NCBI GenBank assembly: GCA_017416485.1
Contig: JAFQCH010000009.1
Span: forward strand, 81,654 to 113,653
Length of the DNA stretch: 32,000 nucleotides
Direction of reading: 5' to 3'
Origin: Clostridia bacterium
GTDB taxonomy: Bacteria > Bacillota > Clostridia > Oscillospirales > Acutalibacteraceae
Positions 25,217-32,000 of the stretch are shown one piece after another; the first letter of the stretch is position 1; each line of letters opens with the position of its first letter. Under the pieces are notes generated by a model, which was not told the origin of the DNA, made no database searches, and was given only the letters and a program-made list of their open reading frames with translations. The position numbers and the translations under genes are program-made.

Positions 25217-26062
25217 ATGGCGATTTTGAATAAAATCATCACCCTGATTCTTGTTCCCATCTTTATGAGCCCCGTGCTCCCGTTTCTGCCGATTGCAAAG
25301 ATGATTTATGCCGAAAAAGAAGTCATTTCCCTTTCCGAAAACGGCATCGGAACAACAGAAGATCCCGTTTATCTGACCGCCCACAGAGGCATCACCGCAA
25401 AAGCTCCCGAAAACACCATTCCCGCTTACGAAGCCGCTGTTGAACTCGGTTTTTACACCGCGGAATGTGACATTCTGCAGACGGCTGACGGCTATTGGGT
25501 ACTCAACCACAATTCCGATACCGACAATATGTTCTGCCAATATGCCGAAATCGGTGAAACCACCCTCGAAGAACTGCGCACCTTCTCTTACAAAAAGGGA
25601 TGCAACTTCTGGGCTTACGAGGACCTGAAAATTGCCACGCTGGATGAATATCTGGATGTATTTGTCGGCTCCTCCACCCGTCCGCAAATCGAAATCAAGG
25701 CAGACGGCTACGATCAGCTTTACACCATCGTGGATGCCGTTTATGCAAAGGGTCTGGAAGATTCCGCCATCATCATTTCCTTCGACTACAAGCAGCTCGA
25801 AACCATCCGTGCATACGATGCAAATATTGAACTGTGGTATCTTGTGGACACCATTACCCCCGAAATCATTGCACAGGCAAAGGCACTCGGCGGCAACGTG
25901 TGGCTCTCCCCCAACTTTGAAGCCAACACGCAGCAAACCATTCAGCTTGCCATTGATGCAGACGTGCCCGCATCCTACTGGACCGTCAACGATCTGGAAG
26001 ATGCCAGAATGCTTTACGACATGGGTATCCGCTACATCGAAACCGACATTTTCTGCAATTAA
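25217..26062 (+). CDS. Membrane-anchored glycerophosphodiester phosphodiesterase (GDPD) family protein (281 aa)
   Basis: RBS is AAGGAG. The N-terminal TM is ILNKIITLILVPIFMSPVLPFLPI. The GDPD signature is LTAHRGITAKAPENTIPAYEAAVELGFYTAECDILQTADGYWVLNHN (HRG..APENT ... E.D+..T.DG..V..H). Confidence 0.8.
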   Translation: MAILNKIITLILVPIFMSPVLPFLPIAKMIYAEKEVISLSENGIGTTEDPVYLTAHRGITAKAPENTIPAYEAAVELGFYTAECDILQTADGYWVLNHNSDTDNMFCQYAEIGETTLEELRTFSYKKGCNFWAYEDLKIATLDEYLDVFVGSSTRPQIEIKADGYDQLYTIVDAVYAKGLEDSAIIISFDYKQLETIRAYDANIELWYLVDTITPEIIAQAKALGGNVWLSPNFEANTQQTIQLAIDADVPASYWTVNDLEDARMLYDMGIRYIETDIFCN

Positions 26063-26081
26063 ATTCAAAACAGTACATAAA

Positions 26082-26123
26082 AGGCTATGTGCACCCCCGG
26101 TGTGTATAGCCTCTTATTTTTTT
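26082..26123 (+). terminator. Rho-independent terminator of the ceramidase-like/GDPD operon
   Basis: The hairpin AGGCTATGTGCACC-CC-GGTGTGTATAGCCT (with G.U pairs in the middle) is followed by CTTATTTTTTT. Confidence 0.6.
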
Positions 26124-26175
26124 CGCAAAACTTTTTATGGCAATTCCAAATCTCTTTTATTTTAATAACTTGCGT

Positions 26176-26197
26176 AAATACGCATTTTATTGAAATG
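26176..26197 (+). repeat. Direct repeat copy 1 (AAATACGCATTTTATTGAAATG)
   Basis: Matches 26251-26272 at 20 of 22 positions. It lies just upstream of the -35 element of the ATPase promoter. Confidence 0.6.
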
Positions 26198-26203
26198 GTG
26201 TTA

Positions 26204-26232
26204 TTGACTTTAACAACATAGTATGATAAAAT
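26204..26232 (+). promoter_or_regulatory. Sigma-A-type promoter of the ATPase gene
   Basis: TTGACT (26204-26209), 17-nt spacer ending in TGa, TAAAAT (26227-26232). Confidence 0.5.
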
Positions 26233-26250
26233 ACAAACAATAAAGTGTGG

Positions 26251-26272
26251 AAATACGCAATTTATTAAAATG
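26251..26272 (+). repeat. Direct repeat copy 2 (AAATACGCAATTTATTAAAATG)
   Basis: Second copy, 75 bp downstream of copy 1. It lies between the -10 element and the RBS (GAGGGA at 26272-26277). Confidence 0.6.
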
Positions 26273-26285
26273 AGGGATCTGTATT

Positions 26286-27584
26286 ATGATCGAAAGAAAA
26301 AAATATCTCGACAAACTGATAAGCAGAAAGCAAAACGGACTTGTAAAGGTAATTACAGGTATCAGGAGATGCGGTAAATCATATCTGCTCTTCAATATTT
26401 ATAAAGACTATCTGAAGTCAATCGGCGTTGAGGAGGAGTGTATAATTTGCCTGGCCCTCGACGATGATGAAAACATCAGATACCGCAATCCTTTGGAATT
26501 AGGTAAATATATCCGCAGTCTTACTGCAGATGAAAGCAAGGAATACTATGTTTTCCTTGACGAAATTCAGAAGGTTGTCACCATTCAGAATCCTTATGTT
26601 GAAGGTGTCGAGGATAAAATCAGTTTTGTTGATGTTGTTCTCGGTCTTATGAAGCGTGATAACATTGATGTGTATGTAACCGGCAGTAACTCAAAAATGC
26701 TGTCAAGCGATATTCTTACCGAGTTTCGTGGCAGAGGTGACGAAATCCGTGTCAACCCTTTGTCATTTGCAGAGTTTTATAATGCGTTTGAGGGTGACAA
26801 GCGTGATGCCTGGCAGGAGTATTATACTTATGGCGGTTTGCCGTTGGTTCTTGCGAAAAAAGGTCATGAGGAAAAAGCAAAATATCTTCAGACATTGTTT
26901 GATACTATCTACCTAAGCGATATTATGGACAGAAACAGCCTTGCTCACGAGAAAAATCTGCTTGATGACATTTTGAACTTGATTTCATCATCTATCGGCT
27001 CGTTGACCAACGCAAACAAGATTGCAAACACCTTCAAAAGCACACGACAAATTTCTGTCAGTCACGCAACCGTTTCAAAGTATCTTGATTATTTAACAGA
27101 TTCATTCCTTATATACAGTGCCTCACGTTATGATGTAAAAGGCAGAAAATATATCGGCTCACCGTTTAAATACTATTTCAGCGATGTCGGTCTTCGCAAT
27201 GCAAGACTTAATTTCCGTCAGCAGGAAGAAAATCACATTATGGAAAACATCATTTATAACGAGCTTTGCGTGCGTGATTTTAATGTTGATGTGGGCATTG
27301 TTGAATACTGCTATAAGGATGCAGAAAAGAAAAGCAAACGAGCTTATCTTGAAATAGATTTTGTTGCAAACAAAGGTAGTAAAAAATATTATATTCAATC
27401 TGCACTGACTGTTGCAGACGAAGAAAAGCGTGAACAGGAAATACGTTCATTAAAGCGTGTCGGTGATTCATTCAAGAAAATTGTTGTTGTAAAAGATAAC
27501 ATTATTCCCTGGCACGATGAAGATGGTATCTTGTATGTCGGTATTGAGCAGTTTTTGCTTGATGAAACCGCTATGGATCTGTAA
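26286..27584 (+). CDS. AAA-type ATPase of the AAA_14 + DUF4143 (COG1373-like) architecture (432 aa)
   Basis: Walker A is GIRRCGKSYL and Walker B is YYVFLDEIQ. The C-terminal segment NVDVGIVEY...YLEIDFVANKGSKKYYIQSA resembles the EVDFV...IEVK block I recall for DUF4143 proteins. The gene is visibly AT-rich and uses TTA/TCA codons that the neighbouring genes avoid. Confidence 0.75.
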   Translation: MIERKKYLDKLISRKQNGLVKVITGIRRCGKSYLLFNIYKDYLKSIGVEEECIICLALDDDENIRYRNPLELGKYIRSLTADESKEYYVFLDEIQKVVTIQNPYVEGVEDKISFVDVVLGLMKRDNIDVYVTGSNSKMLSSDILTEFRGRGDEIRVNPLSFAEFYNAFEGDKRDAWQEYYTYGGLPLVLAKKGHEEKAKYLQTLFDTIYLSDIMDRNSLAHEKNLLDDILNLISSSIGSLTNANKIANTFKSTRQISVSHATVSKYLDYLTDSFLIYSASRYDVKGRKYIGSPFKYYFSDVGLRNARLNFRQQEENHIMENIIYNELCVRDFNVDVGIVEYCYKDAEKKSKRAYLEIDFVANKGSKKYYIQSALTVADEEKREQEIRSLKRVGDSFKKIVVVKDNIIPWHDEDGILYVGIEQFLLDETAMDL

Positions 27585-27594
27585 TACAAACAAA

Positions 27595-27626
27595 AGAGAT
27601 TGCAAACCGATAGGAATGCAATCTCT
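27595..27626. terminator. Bidirectional terminator between convergent genes
   Basis: AGAGATTGCA-12 nt loop-TGCAATCTCT is a perfect 10-bp stem. On the minus strand it is followed by TTTTGTTTGT (good for the AGE operon). On the plus strand it is followed by ATTATTAT. Confidence 0.65.
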
Positions 27627-27642
27627 ATTATTATGCAATGAA

Positions 27643-28767
27643 TCAGAACAGGCAGTAATCGCCTTTTTCGATTTTGTCGATGAGCATAAGCATGCGCGGA
27701 ATGTGGAACGGCCCCTTGAAGATGTTGCCCTTGAGCTCGTTGGCGACCGTGCCGTCATAATGCAGATAACCGTACCATTCGCCGTATTCTTTATCAACGA
27801 ACTTATCAAAAGTATATTCCTTGACGGTATTGTACCAGTTGCGGTATTTTTCTTCGCCGTAAAGCTTGTATGCAAGCAGGTTTGCGATCATCGCTTCGCA
27901 CTGCGGCCACCAGAGCTTCATATCCCATTCGAGTGCCGTGGCGGGATGTCCGTCGCAGTCGCAGAATGAAATGATGCCGCCGTCATAAAGACCGTGCTTC
28001 ATGGAAATGTCAATGATATCCTTGCCGAACTGTTTGAGCGACTCATCATTCTGATAAACACCTTCCGTCATCAAAAACCAAGCCGCTTCCAGCGAATGAC
28101 CGGGATTGACCAATCTGCCCGTGGGGGTGTCCATGTACCTGTTGTCCGATCCGATGTTTTCAAGCAGCCCCTTTTCGGTCCAATGCGTGTAGATTTCCTT
28201 AACAGCCGCCTTTGCACAGGCATCGTATTTTTCTTTGTTGATCTTGCGAAGCACCTGCGAGGTTGCAAGCATAATCATGGCAGGAGAAAGACCCTTGTAG
28301 GGGTGGTTTTCGGGATTGAATTTGGGTTCGGTCTTGTCAACACCCGTAAACAGACGGTAAGCCACATCGAAATACATTTCGGCTTTCTGTTTTGCTTCTT
28401 CGTCGCCCGTGGCAAGGTAATATTCCGCACAGCCGATGGCGGCAAAGGTTTCGCTGAAATAGTAGCGGCGCATCTGAATTTCCTTGCCCTCGCGGGTTAC
28501 GGTAAAGGGCATTCTGCCCGATTCGGACGTGCATTTGGGCAAAAATTCATAAATCTTCTTTGCGGCATCAAGATAGCCGAACTCGGTCAATCCATAGTTG
28601 TGTGCACTTGCAAAAATATAGAGTGCTCTGCCCTGAAACCAGACGCTTTTTTCGGTTCCGTACACATTTCCCTTGCGGTCAAGCTGTGTAAAAATACCGC
28701 CTTCTTCTTCGTCAATGGCATTTTTCAGCCAGAACGGCAGAACGTGCTGTGTAAGATGGTTAATCAT
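27643..28767 (-). CDS. N-acylglucosamine 2-epimerase (AGE) family protein, (alpha/alpha)6 barrel (374 aa)
   Basis: The AGE-like blocks are LPFWLKNAIDEEEGGIFTQLDRKGNV, VWFQGRALYIFA, LVNPGHSLEAAWFLM and EWDMKLWWPQCEAMIA. Confidence 0.75.
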   Translation of the reverse strand: MINHLTQHVLPFWLKNAIDEEEGGIFTQLDRKGNVYGTEKSVWFQGRALYIFASAHNYGLTEFGYLDAAKKIYEFLPKCTSESGRMPFTVTREGKEIQMRRYYFSETFAAIGCAEYYLATGDEEAKQKAEMYFDVAYRLFTGVDKTEPKFNPENHPYKGLSPAMIMLATSQVLRKINKEKYDACAKAAVKEIYTHWTEKGLLENIGSDNRYMDTPTGRLVNPGHSLEAAWFLMTEGVYQNDESLKQFGKDIIDISMKHGLYDGGIISFCDCDGHPATALEWDMKLWWPQCEAMIANLLAYKLYGEEKYRNWYNTVKEYTFDKFVDKEYGEWYGYLHYDGTVANELKGNIFKGPFHIPRMLMLIDKIEKGDYCLF

Positions 28768-28777
28768 ATTTCTCTCC

Positions 28778-29578
28778 TTATTTCTTATGAATTTTATCGG
28801 TTTTATACACCACGGCAGGCAGTTTCTCGCCTGCTGTTTTCTTTTTTACTGTGCCTTTTTCTTCATTGGGTTGGGTGAGAATTTCATCGGCAAGTGCAAT
28901 GTTGGCTTCAATCACCTGCGCAGGGATTCTGCCGTCACCGTGCCCGCCGTAAATGGGATTTCCGTCTGCAAGAAGCAGGGTTCGCACGGCACTCTCTCTC
29001 CATTCTTCCAATGACACCGCACCGGGGAACTGCAAAGTCACAAGGGGATTGACATTGTCGCCCGTAAACAGAGCACCCGTCAGAGAATCACGGAAAGTGA
29101 CATGTCCTGCCGTATGCCCGGGGGTAAAAAAGGTTTCAATCACCCTGCCGCCGAGATCAAAGGTATCACCTTCATTCAGATCGTGCCGCACAGGGGTGAA
29201 CTCCTTCTGAAAGGCATCCGAAAAACGGACTTTGTGGGTCTTGCGTTTATATGGGTGCTGATGCAGAAAATAGATGCGTGCGGCGGCGGTCTGATCAAAC
29301 TCGCTGATGCGTTTGTCCAACGGATGAATGTATATTTCTTTAAACCACACCGCACCGCCGTCATGGTCGGCATGGGCATGGGTTACAAGCACGATAATCG
29401 GTTTGTCGGTCAGCGTTTCTGCAAATTCACGCAGTTGCCCGATTCCGACACCGCAGTCAAGAAGCGCGGCTTTCTCGTCACCTACCACCAGAAAGGCATT
29501 GACAAAATCAAATTCATTGATACGAAAAATTCCGTTGCCGAGGTTTTCGCATTCAAAATCAAGTCTGTGTTTGTTCAT
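28778..29578 (-). CDS. MBL-fold metallo-hydrolase (266 aa)
   Basis: The HxHxDH motif is VLVTHAHADHDGG. A later TPGHTAGH and a C-terminal GGHGD are also present. Confidence 0.8.
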   Translation of the reverse strand: MNKHRLDFECENLGNGIFRINEFDFVNAFLVVGDEKAALLDCGVGIGQLREFAETLTDKPIIVLVTHAHADHDGGAVWFKEIYIHPLDKRISEFDQTAAARIYFLHQHPYKRKTHKVRFSDAFQKEFTPVRHDLNEGDTFDLGGRVIETFFTPGHTAGHVTFRDSLTGALFTGDNVNPLVTLQFPGAVSLEEWRESAVRTLLLADGNPIYGGHGDGRIPAQVIEANIALADEILTQPNEEKGTVKKKTAGEKLPAVVYKTDKIHKK

Positions 29579-29589
29579 TCATTCCTCCG

Positions 29590-30075
29590 TCAATTTGATG
29601 CCGCGGCTTGTTGCTGTGCCGTCACGCAGTCAATGGCAAGCACCACCGCCAGGGCGGGAATTTCATCGGCAGGGTTTGCAATGTCGAGTTCATAACTGTC
29701 GCCCCAGGTCATCCATTCCTTTTGAATGCGAACCACGCTTGAACCTGCACGGCTGACGGTATAGTTATGATTCCAGAAATCACCGTCCACATCCCAGTTC
29801 ATTCCCTCTATGCGGTATTTCGGCTTGAAAAAGGTGAATTCTTTTACAATTTCGGCAATATCAACCCCGTTGACCGACACAAAATAACGCGGCAGAAAAC
29901 TGAACACCTTCTGATAAATAAAAGCGACTTCGCGCTGTTGCACATCATAAACGTGCAACTTCTTCCCCCAGGAAAACAGCTCGCCCTCGACATAATAACG
30001 GTCATTTCCGTTGGCATCCCAAACGGTAAAGCGGTCTTTCCATGAAAACACTTTCTGTTTGATGTAGAGTTTCAA
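29590..30075 (-). CDS. LURP-one-related / YxjI-like (Tubby C-terminal-like fold, DUF567) protein (about 161 aa)
   Basis: The track ORF extends to 30228 and would overlap the upstream gene. TTG at 30075 follows AGAGGGTG plus about 7 nt and gives (M)KLYIKQKVFSWKDRFTVWDANGNDRYYVEGELFSWGKKLHVYD, the typical N-terminus of this family. An alternative ATG at 30102 lacks an RBS. Confidence 0.6.
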   Translation of the reverse strand: MKLYIKQKVFSWKDRFTVWDANGNDRYYVEGELFSWGKKLHVYDVQQREVAFIYQKVFSFLPRYFVSVNGVDIAEIVKEFTFFKPKYRIEGMNWDVDGDFWNHNYTVSRAGSSVVRIQKEWMTWGDSYELDIANPADEIPALAVVLAIDCVTAQQQAAASN

Positions 30076-30133
30076 AAAAAACACCCTCTTTCTGCTTTTC
30101 ATTTTACAGAAAAAAGGGTGTATTGTCAATATA

Positions 30134-30982
30134 TTATCTCCACGCTTTGAGCCCCGCAACGGGTGTGCCGAAGACGGTCGGCTCTTGCCCTGCAAACAAT
30201 TTATTTGCATTGCGTGCAAAATCGGCACAGGTCAATCTGTGTTCACGCTTAATGGATGCGGGTGCCGCAAATCCGAGTTCATACAGCCACGGTCCATTAT
30301 AGCCGACCTCCCGCAAAGCGGTCAGAATTCTTTGCCAATCGACCTTGCCCTCGCCGGGCAGCCAATGCCGTTCATTGCGAAAATCGTAATCCGACACATG
30401 GGTGGTGATGATCTTATCGCCCACAGCATGAATGAATTCCACTGCATCTTCGCTTAAAAGATGGTTTGTGTCATAACAGCAACGAAGATCGGGATGTGCA
30501 GACAATAGTTCCAATATATCCTTGCTGTCACGGCCAAGACAGGTACGCGGCAGATTTTCAACAGCAATCACAGCACCAAACTGTTTTGCAAACCCGGCAA
30601 GAACGCGAAGAGTCTGCTTTGCCGTTTCCATGCGACGCGGGCGGTCACATTCTTCAATGGGTTCTGCCGACGGATGAACCACAAACGTGCGCACTCCGAT
30701 CCCGACACCTTTTTTGATGCACCAACGGAAATACGCAAGGGTTACTTCCTGTTTTTCCGGGTCAGACGGGTCAAGAAAGAAAAACGGCGAAAACGGAATG
30801 TGCATGCTCCACAGGATGATGCCGTATTTGTCAGCCATTACCTTGACTTCATTAAAGTCAAGTTCCTCCAAGTCCTCTGCATCTGCAGAAAGTTCCATGT
30901 GTGTAATGCCCGCCGCCGCGTAATCGGCAAACAGTTTTTCATCCAATTCCTTACTGCACGAAGACAGACCGACAGAAAACAT
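30134..30982 (-). CDS. Sugar phosphate isomerase/epimerase (xylose-isomerase-like TIM barrel, AP_endonuc_2 family) (282 aa)
   Basis: Blocks GITHMELS, TFVVHPS, AVIAVENLP, CCYDTNH, ITTHVSDY and GEGKVDW are typical of the family. Confidence 0.75.
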   Translation of the reverse strand: MFSVGLSSCSKELDEKLFADYAAAGITHMELSADAEDLEELDFNEVKVMADKYGIILWSMHIPFSPFFFLDPSDPEKQEVTLAYFRWCIKKGVGIGVRTFVVHPSAEPIEECDRPRRMETAKQTLRVLAGFAKQFGAVIAVENLPRTCLGRDSKDILELLSAHPDLRCCYDTNHLLSEDAVEFIHAVGDKIITTHVSDYDFRNERHWLPGEGKVDWQRILTALREVGYNGPWLYELGFAAPASIKREHRLTCADFARNANKLFAGQEPTVFGTPVAGLKAWR

Positions 30983-30986
30983 ACAC

Positions 30987-32000
30987 TCAAGCCCCTTTTT
31001 TCATTTTTCGACTGTAAAGCAGGTTTGCAACCACAACCGCCGTCACACCTGCCGTGAGTTTGCCGACGATCATCGCGAGAACAAAATCTGCGTTATAAGA
31101 CATAGTGAACGCAAGGTGATCCACAAACACGAACGATGCACTCACCGCAAAAGCAGAATTGAGAATGAGCCCCTTGCGGTCCATTTTGTCAGCCGCTTCA
31201 AAGGTTGCAACATTGTTCCCTGCCGTTGCAAGGAACGAAAACGCAGCGGTTTCATTGATGCCGAGCTTGCCGCCCATCTTTTCAAACACCTTGCGCAAAG
31301 CCTTTTTCAGCAGGTTCAGCAGCGGAAAAGCACCTGCCATAATGCAAATGATGTTCACAATGATATCCATGGCATTGTCGAGCGTTTCCATCTGCGGCAA
31401 AATCCTGAAGTCGGTTGCAAATTCCACGATACCGACAATCAGCCCGAATGTGATGATTGCTTTGATAAGCCACGCAAAGCCCTTGAATATTTGAATGGTT
31501 ACTTTTTCAAATTTCAGAATACCGATTGCAACCAATGCCACAAAGATAAACAACGGAATCAGGTCAGCAAGCACCGCCAAAACAGACAATCCTGCCACAA
31601 GACCGCCTATTACACAGCCGACGGGAATGGTGATCATACCGCAAAGAATGCCGAAAATGATGTCACTGTGCTTTTCTTTTGCCGTCATTTGCAACGCAAA
31701 CGGAATGGTGAACGATGTGGTGCAACCCATCATGGATGCCACCACAAGACCGTTGAAACAGCCCGTTTTTTCATCCCCTGCCAACTGTGAAGCAAGGTGT
31801 GCGCCGCCCATGTCGTTGGCTAAAAAACATGACGGAACAATGGAAAAATCAAGAAACGACGGAAAAACACCGCTGATTTTGCCTAAGCATTCCGCCAAAA
31901 ACGGTGCAACAATAATCATGCCTGCCATGGAAAGAGTCAGCGGTCCGAGGGTTTCAATGCCTTTTTCCAGTTCCGTGCCAAGCCCCAGACGGCTGCCGAA
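30987..32000 (-). CDS. eutH: EutH-family permease (ethanolamine utilisation protein EutH-like); N-terminus lies beyond the right window edge
   Basis: Strong similarity to E. coli EutH as I recall it: ANDMGGAHLASQLAG (vs ACDMGGFFLAKELAG), MITIPVGCVIGGLVAG (vs IVTIPIGCIAGGLVAM) and NSAFAVSASFVFVDHLAF...MIVGKLTAGVTAV (vs NCAFAVSAAFALGDHLGF...MIVGKLIGGVTAI). The reading frame stays open to position 32000. Confidence 0.8.
   Translation of the reverse strand, partial: FGSRLGLGTELEKGIETLGPLTLSMAGMIIVAPFLAECLGKISGVFPSFLDFSIVPSCFLANDMGGAHLASQLAGDEKTGCFNGLVVASMMGCTTSFTIPFALQMTAKEKHSDIIFGILCGMITIPVGCVIGGLVAGLSVLAVLADLIPLFIFVALVAIGILKFEKVTIQIFKGFAWLIKAIITFGLIVGIVEFATDFRILPQMETLDNAMDIIVNIICIMAGAFPLLNLLKKALRKVFEKMGGKLGINETAAFSFLATAGNNVATFEAADKMDRKGLILNSAFAVSASFVFVDHLAFTMSYNADFVLAMIVGKLTAGVTAVVVANLLYSRKMKKGA

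Noticed and set aside
24173-26068. 631-aa minus-strand ORF spanning the alpha/beta hydrolase and GDPD genes
   Set aside because: It is an antisense shadow across two plus-strand genes that happen to share a frame. It would also run through their intergenic RBS. The plus-strand products have clear family motifs (GHSMGG, HRG..APENT).
30076-30228. N-terminal extension of the LURP-one-like ORF
   Set aside because: It would overlap the 3' end of the upstream isomerase/epimerase gene by about 95 nt and adds a non-family-like sequence. The TTG at 30075 has an RBS and restores the canonical family N-terminus. The start remains somewhat uncertain.
1-32000. CRISPR arrays, rRNA/tRNA genes, IS elements, integrases, toxin-antitoxin pairs, reverse transcriptase/DGR
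   Set aside because: By eye I saw no regularly spaced short repeats, no rRNA/tRNA-like segments, no transposase or integrase-like ORFs and no RT motif (YxDD) in any credible ORF. Absence by eye is not proof, so a tRNAscan, Infernal or CRISPR-finder run would confirm it.

Overview
All calls come from reading the sequence and the ORF track. No database search was run, so family names rest on recalled motifs. The window looks like a moderately GC-rich Firmicute (Clostridia-like) chromosome: AGGAGG-type RBSs, TTGACA-17/18-TGnTAAAAT promoters, and a strong codon bias that avoids TTA/CTA/TCA. The taxon is inference only. (1) Positions 1 to ~10800, all minus strand, hold a tightly packed phage late module. 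In transcription order it reads: mini TerS-like ORF, TerL, portal, Prp-type cysteine protease, scaffold, N4-gp56-type major capsid protein, two small head/neck ORFs, a 626-aa virion protein, five further small or medium ORFs, and a GH25 endolysin that runs off the left edge. There is no tape measure, tail tube or sheath, and no integrase, repressor or replication gene is visible. Scaffold and capsid both begin with the Prp cleavage motif NLQFFA. (2) Positions 11.0-21.6 kb, plus strand, hold a self-contained promoter-gene-terminator cassette for a secreted LCAT-like alpha/beta hydrolase. Its nucleophile elbow reads ARCFGG instead of AHSMGG. Next comes a translationally coupled trio (zinc-ribbon polytopic membrane protein, membrane-anchored Big_2 protein, GPH-family symporter), then two overlapping TetR paralogs. 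After a palindrome-rich leader comes a 1198-aa acidic secreted protein with no domain I recognise. It ends in Cys/His repeats and an aromatic C-terminal tail like that of the LCAT-like protein. (3) Positions 21.7-26.1 kb are an operon of a ceramidase-like protein, a DegT-type aminotransferase, a secreted alpha/beta hydrolase and a GDPD. (4) Positions 26.1-27.6 kb are a visibly AT-rich single-gene island encoding an AAA (AAA_14/DUF4143-type) ATPase, wedged between two terminators. (5) Positions 27.6-32.0 kb, minus strand, are an operon of an EutH-like permease, a sugar-phosphate isomerase/epimerase, a LURP-one-like protein, an MBL hydrolase and an AGE-family epimerase. I saw no rRNA, tRNA, CRISPR array, transposase or integrase. 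Many very long ORFs in the track are codon-aligned antisense shadows and are rejected.
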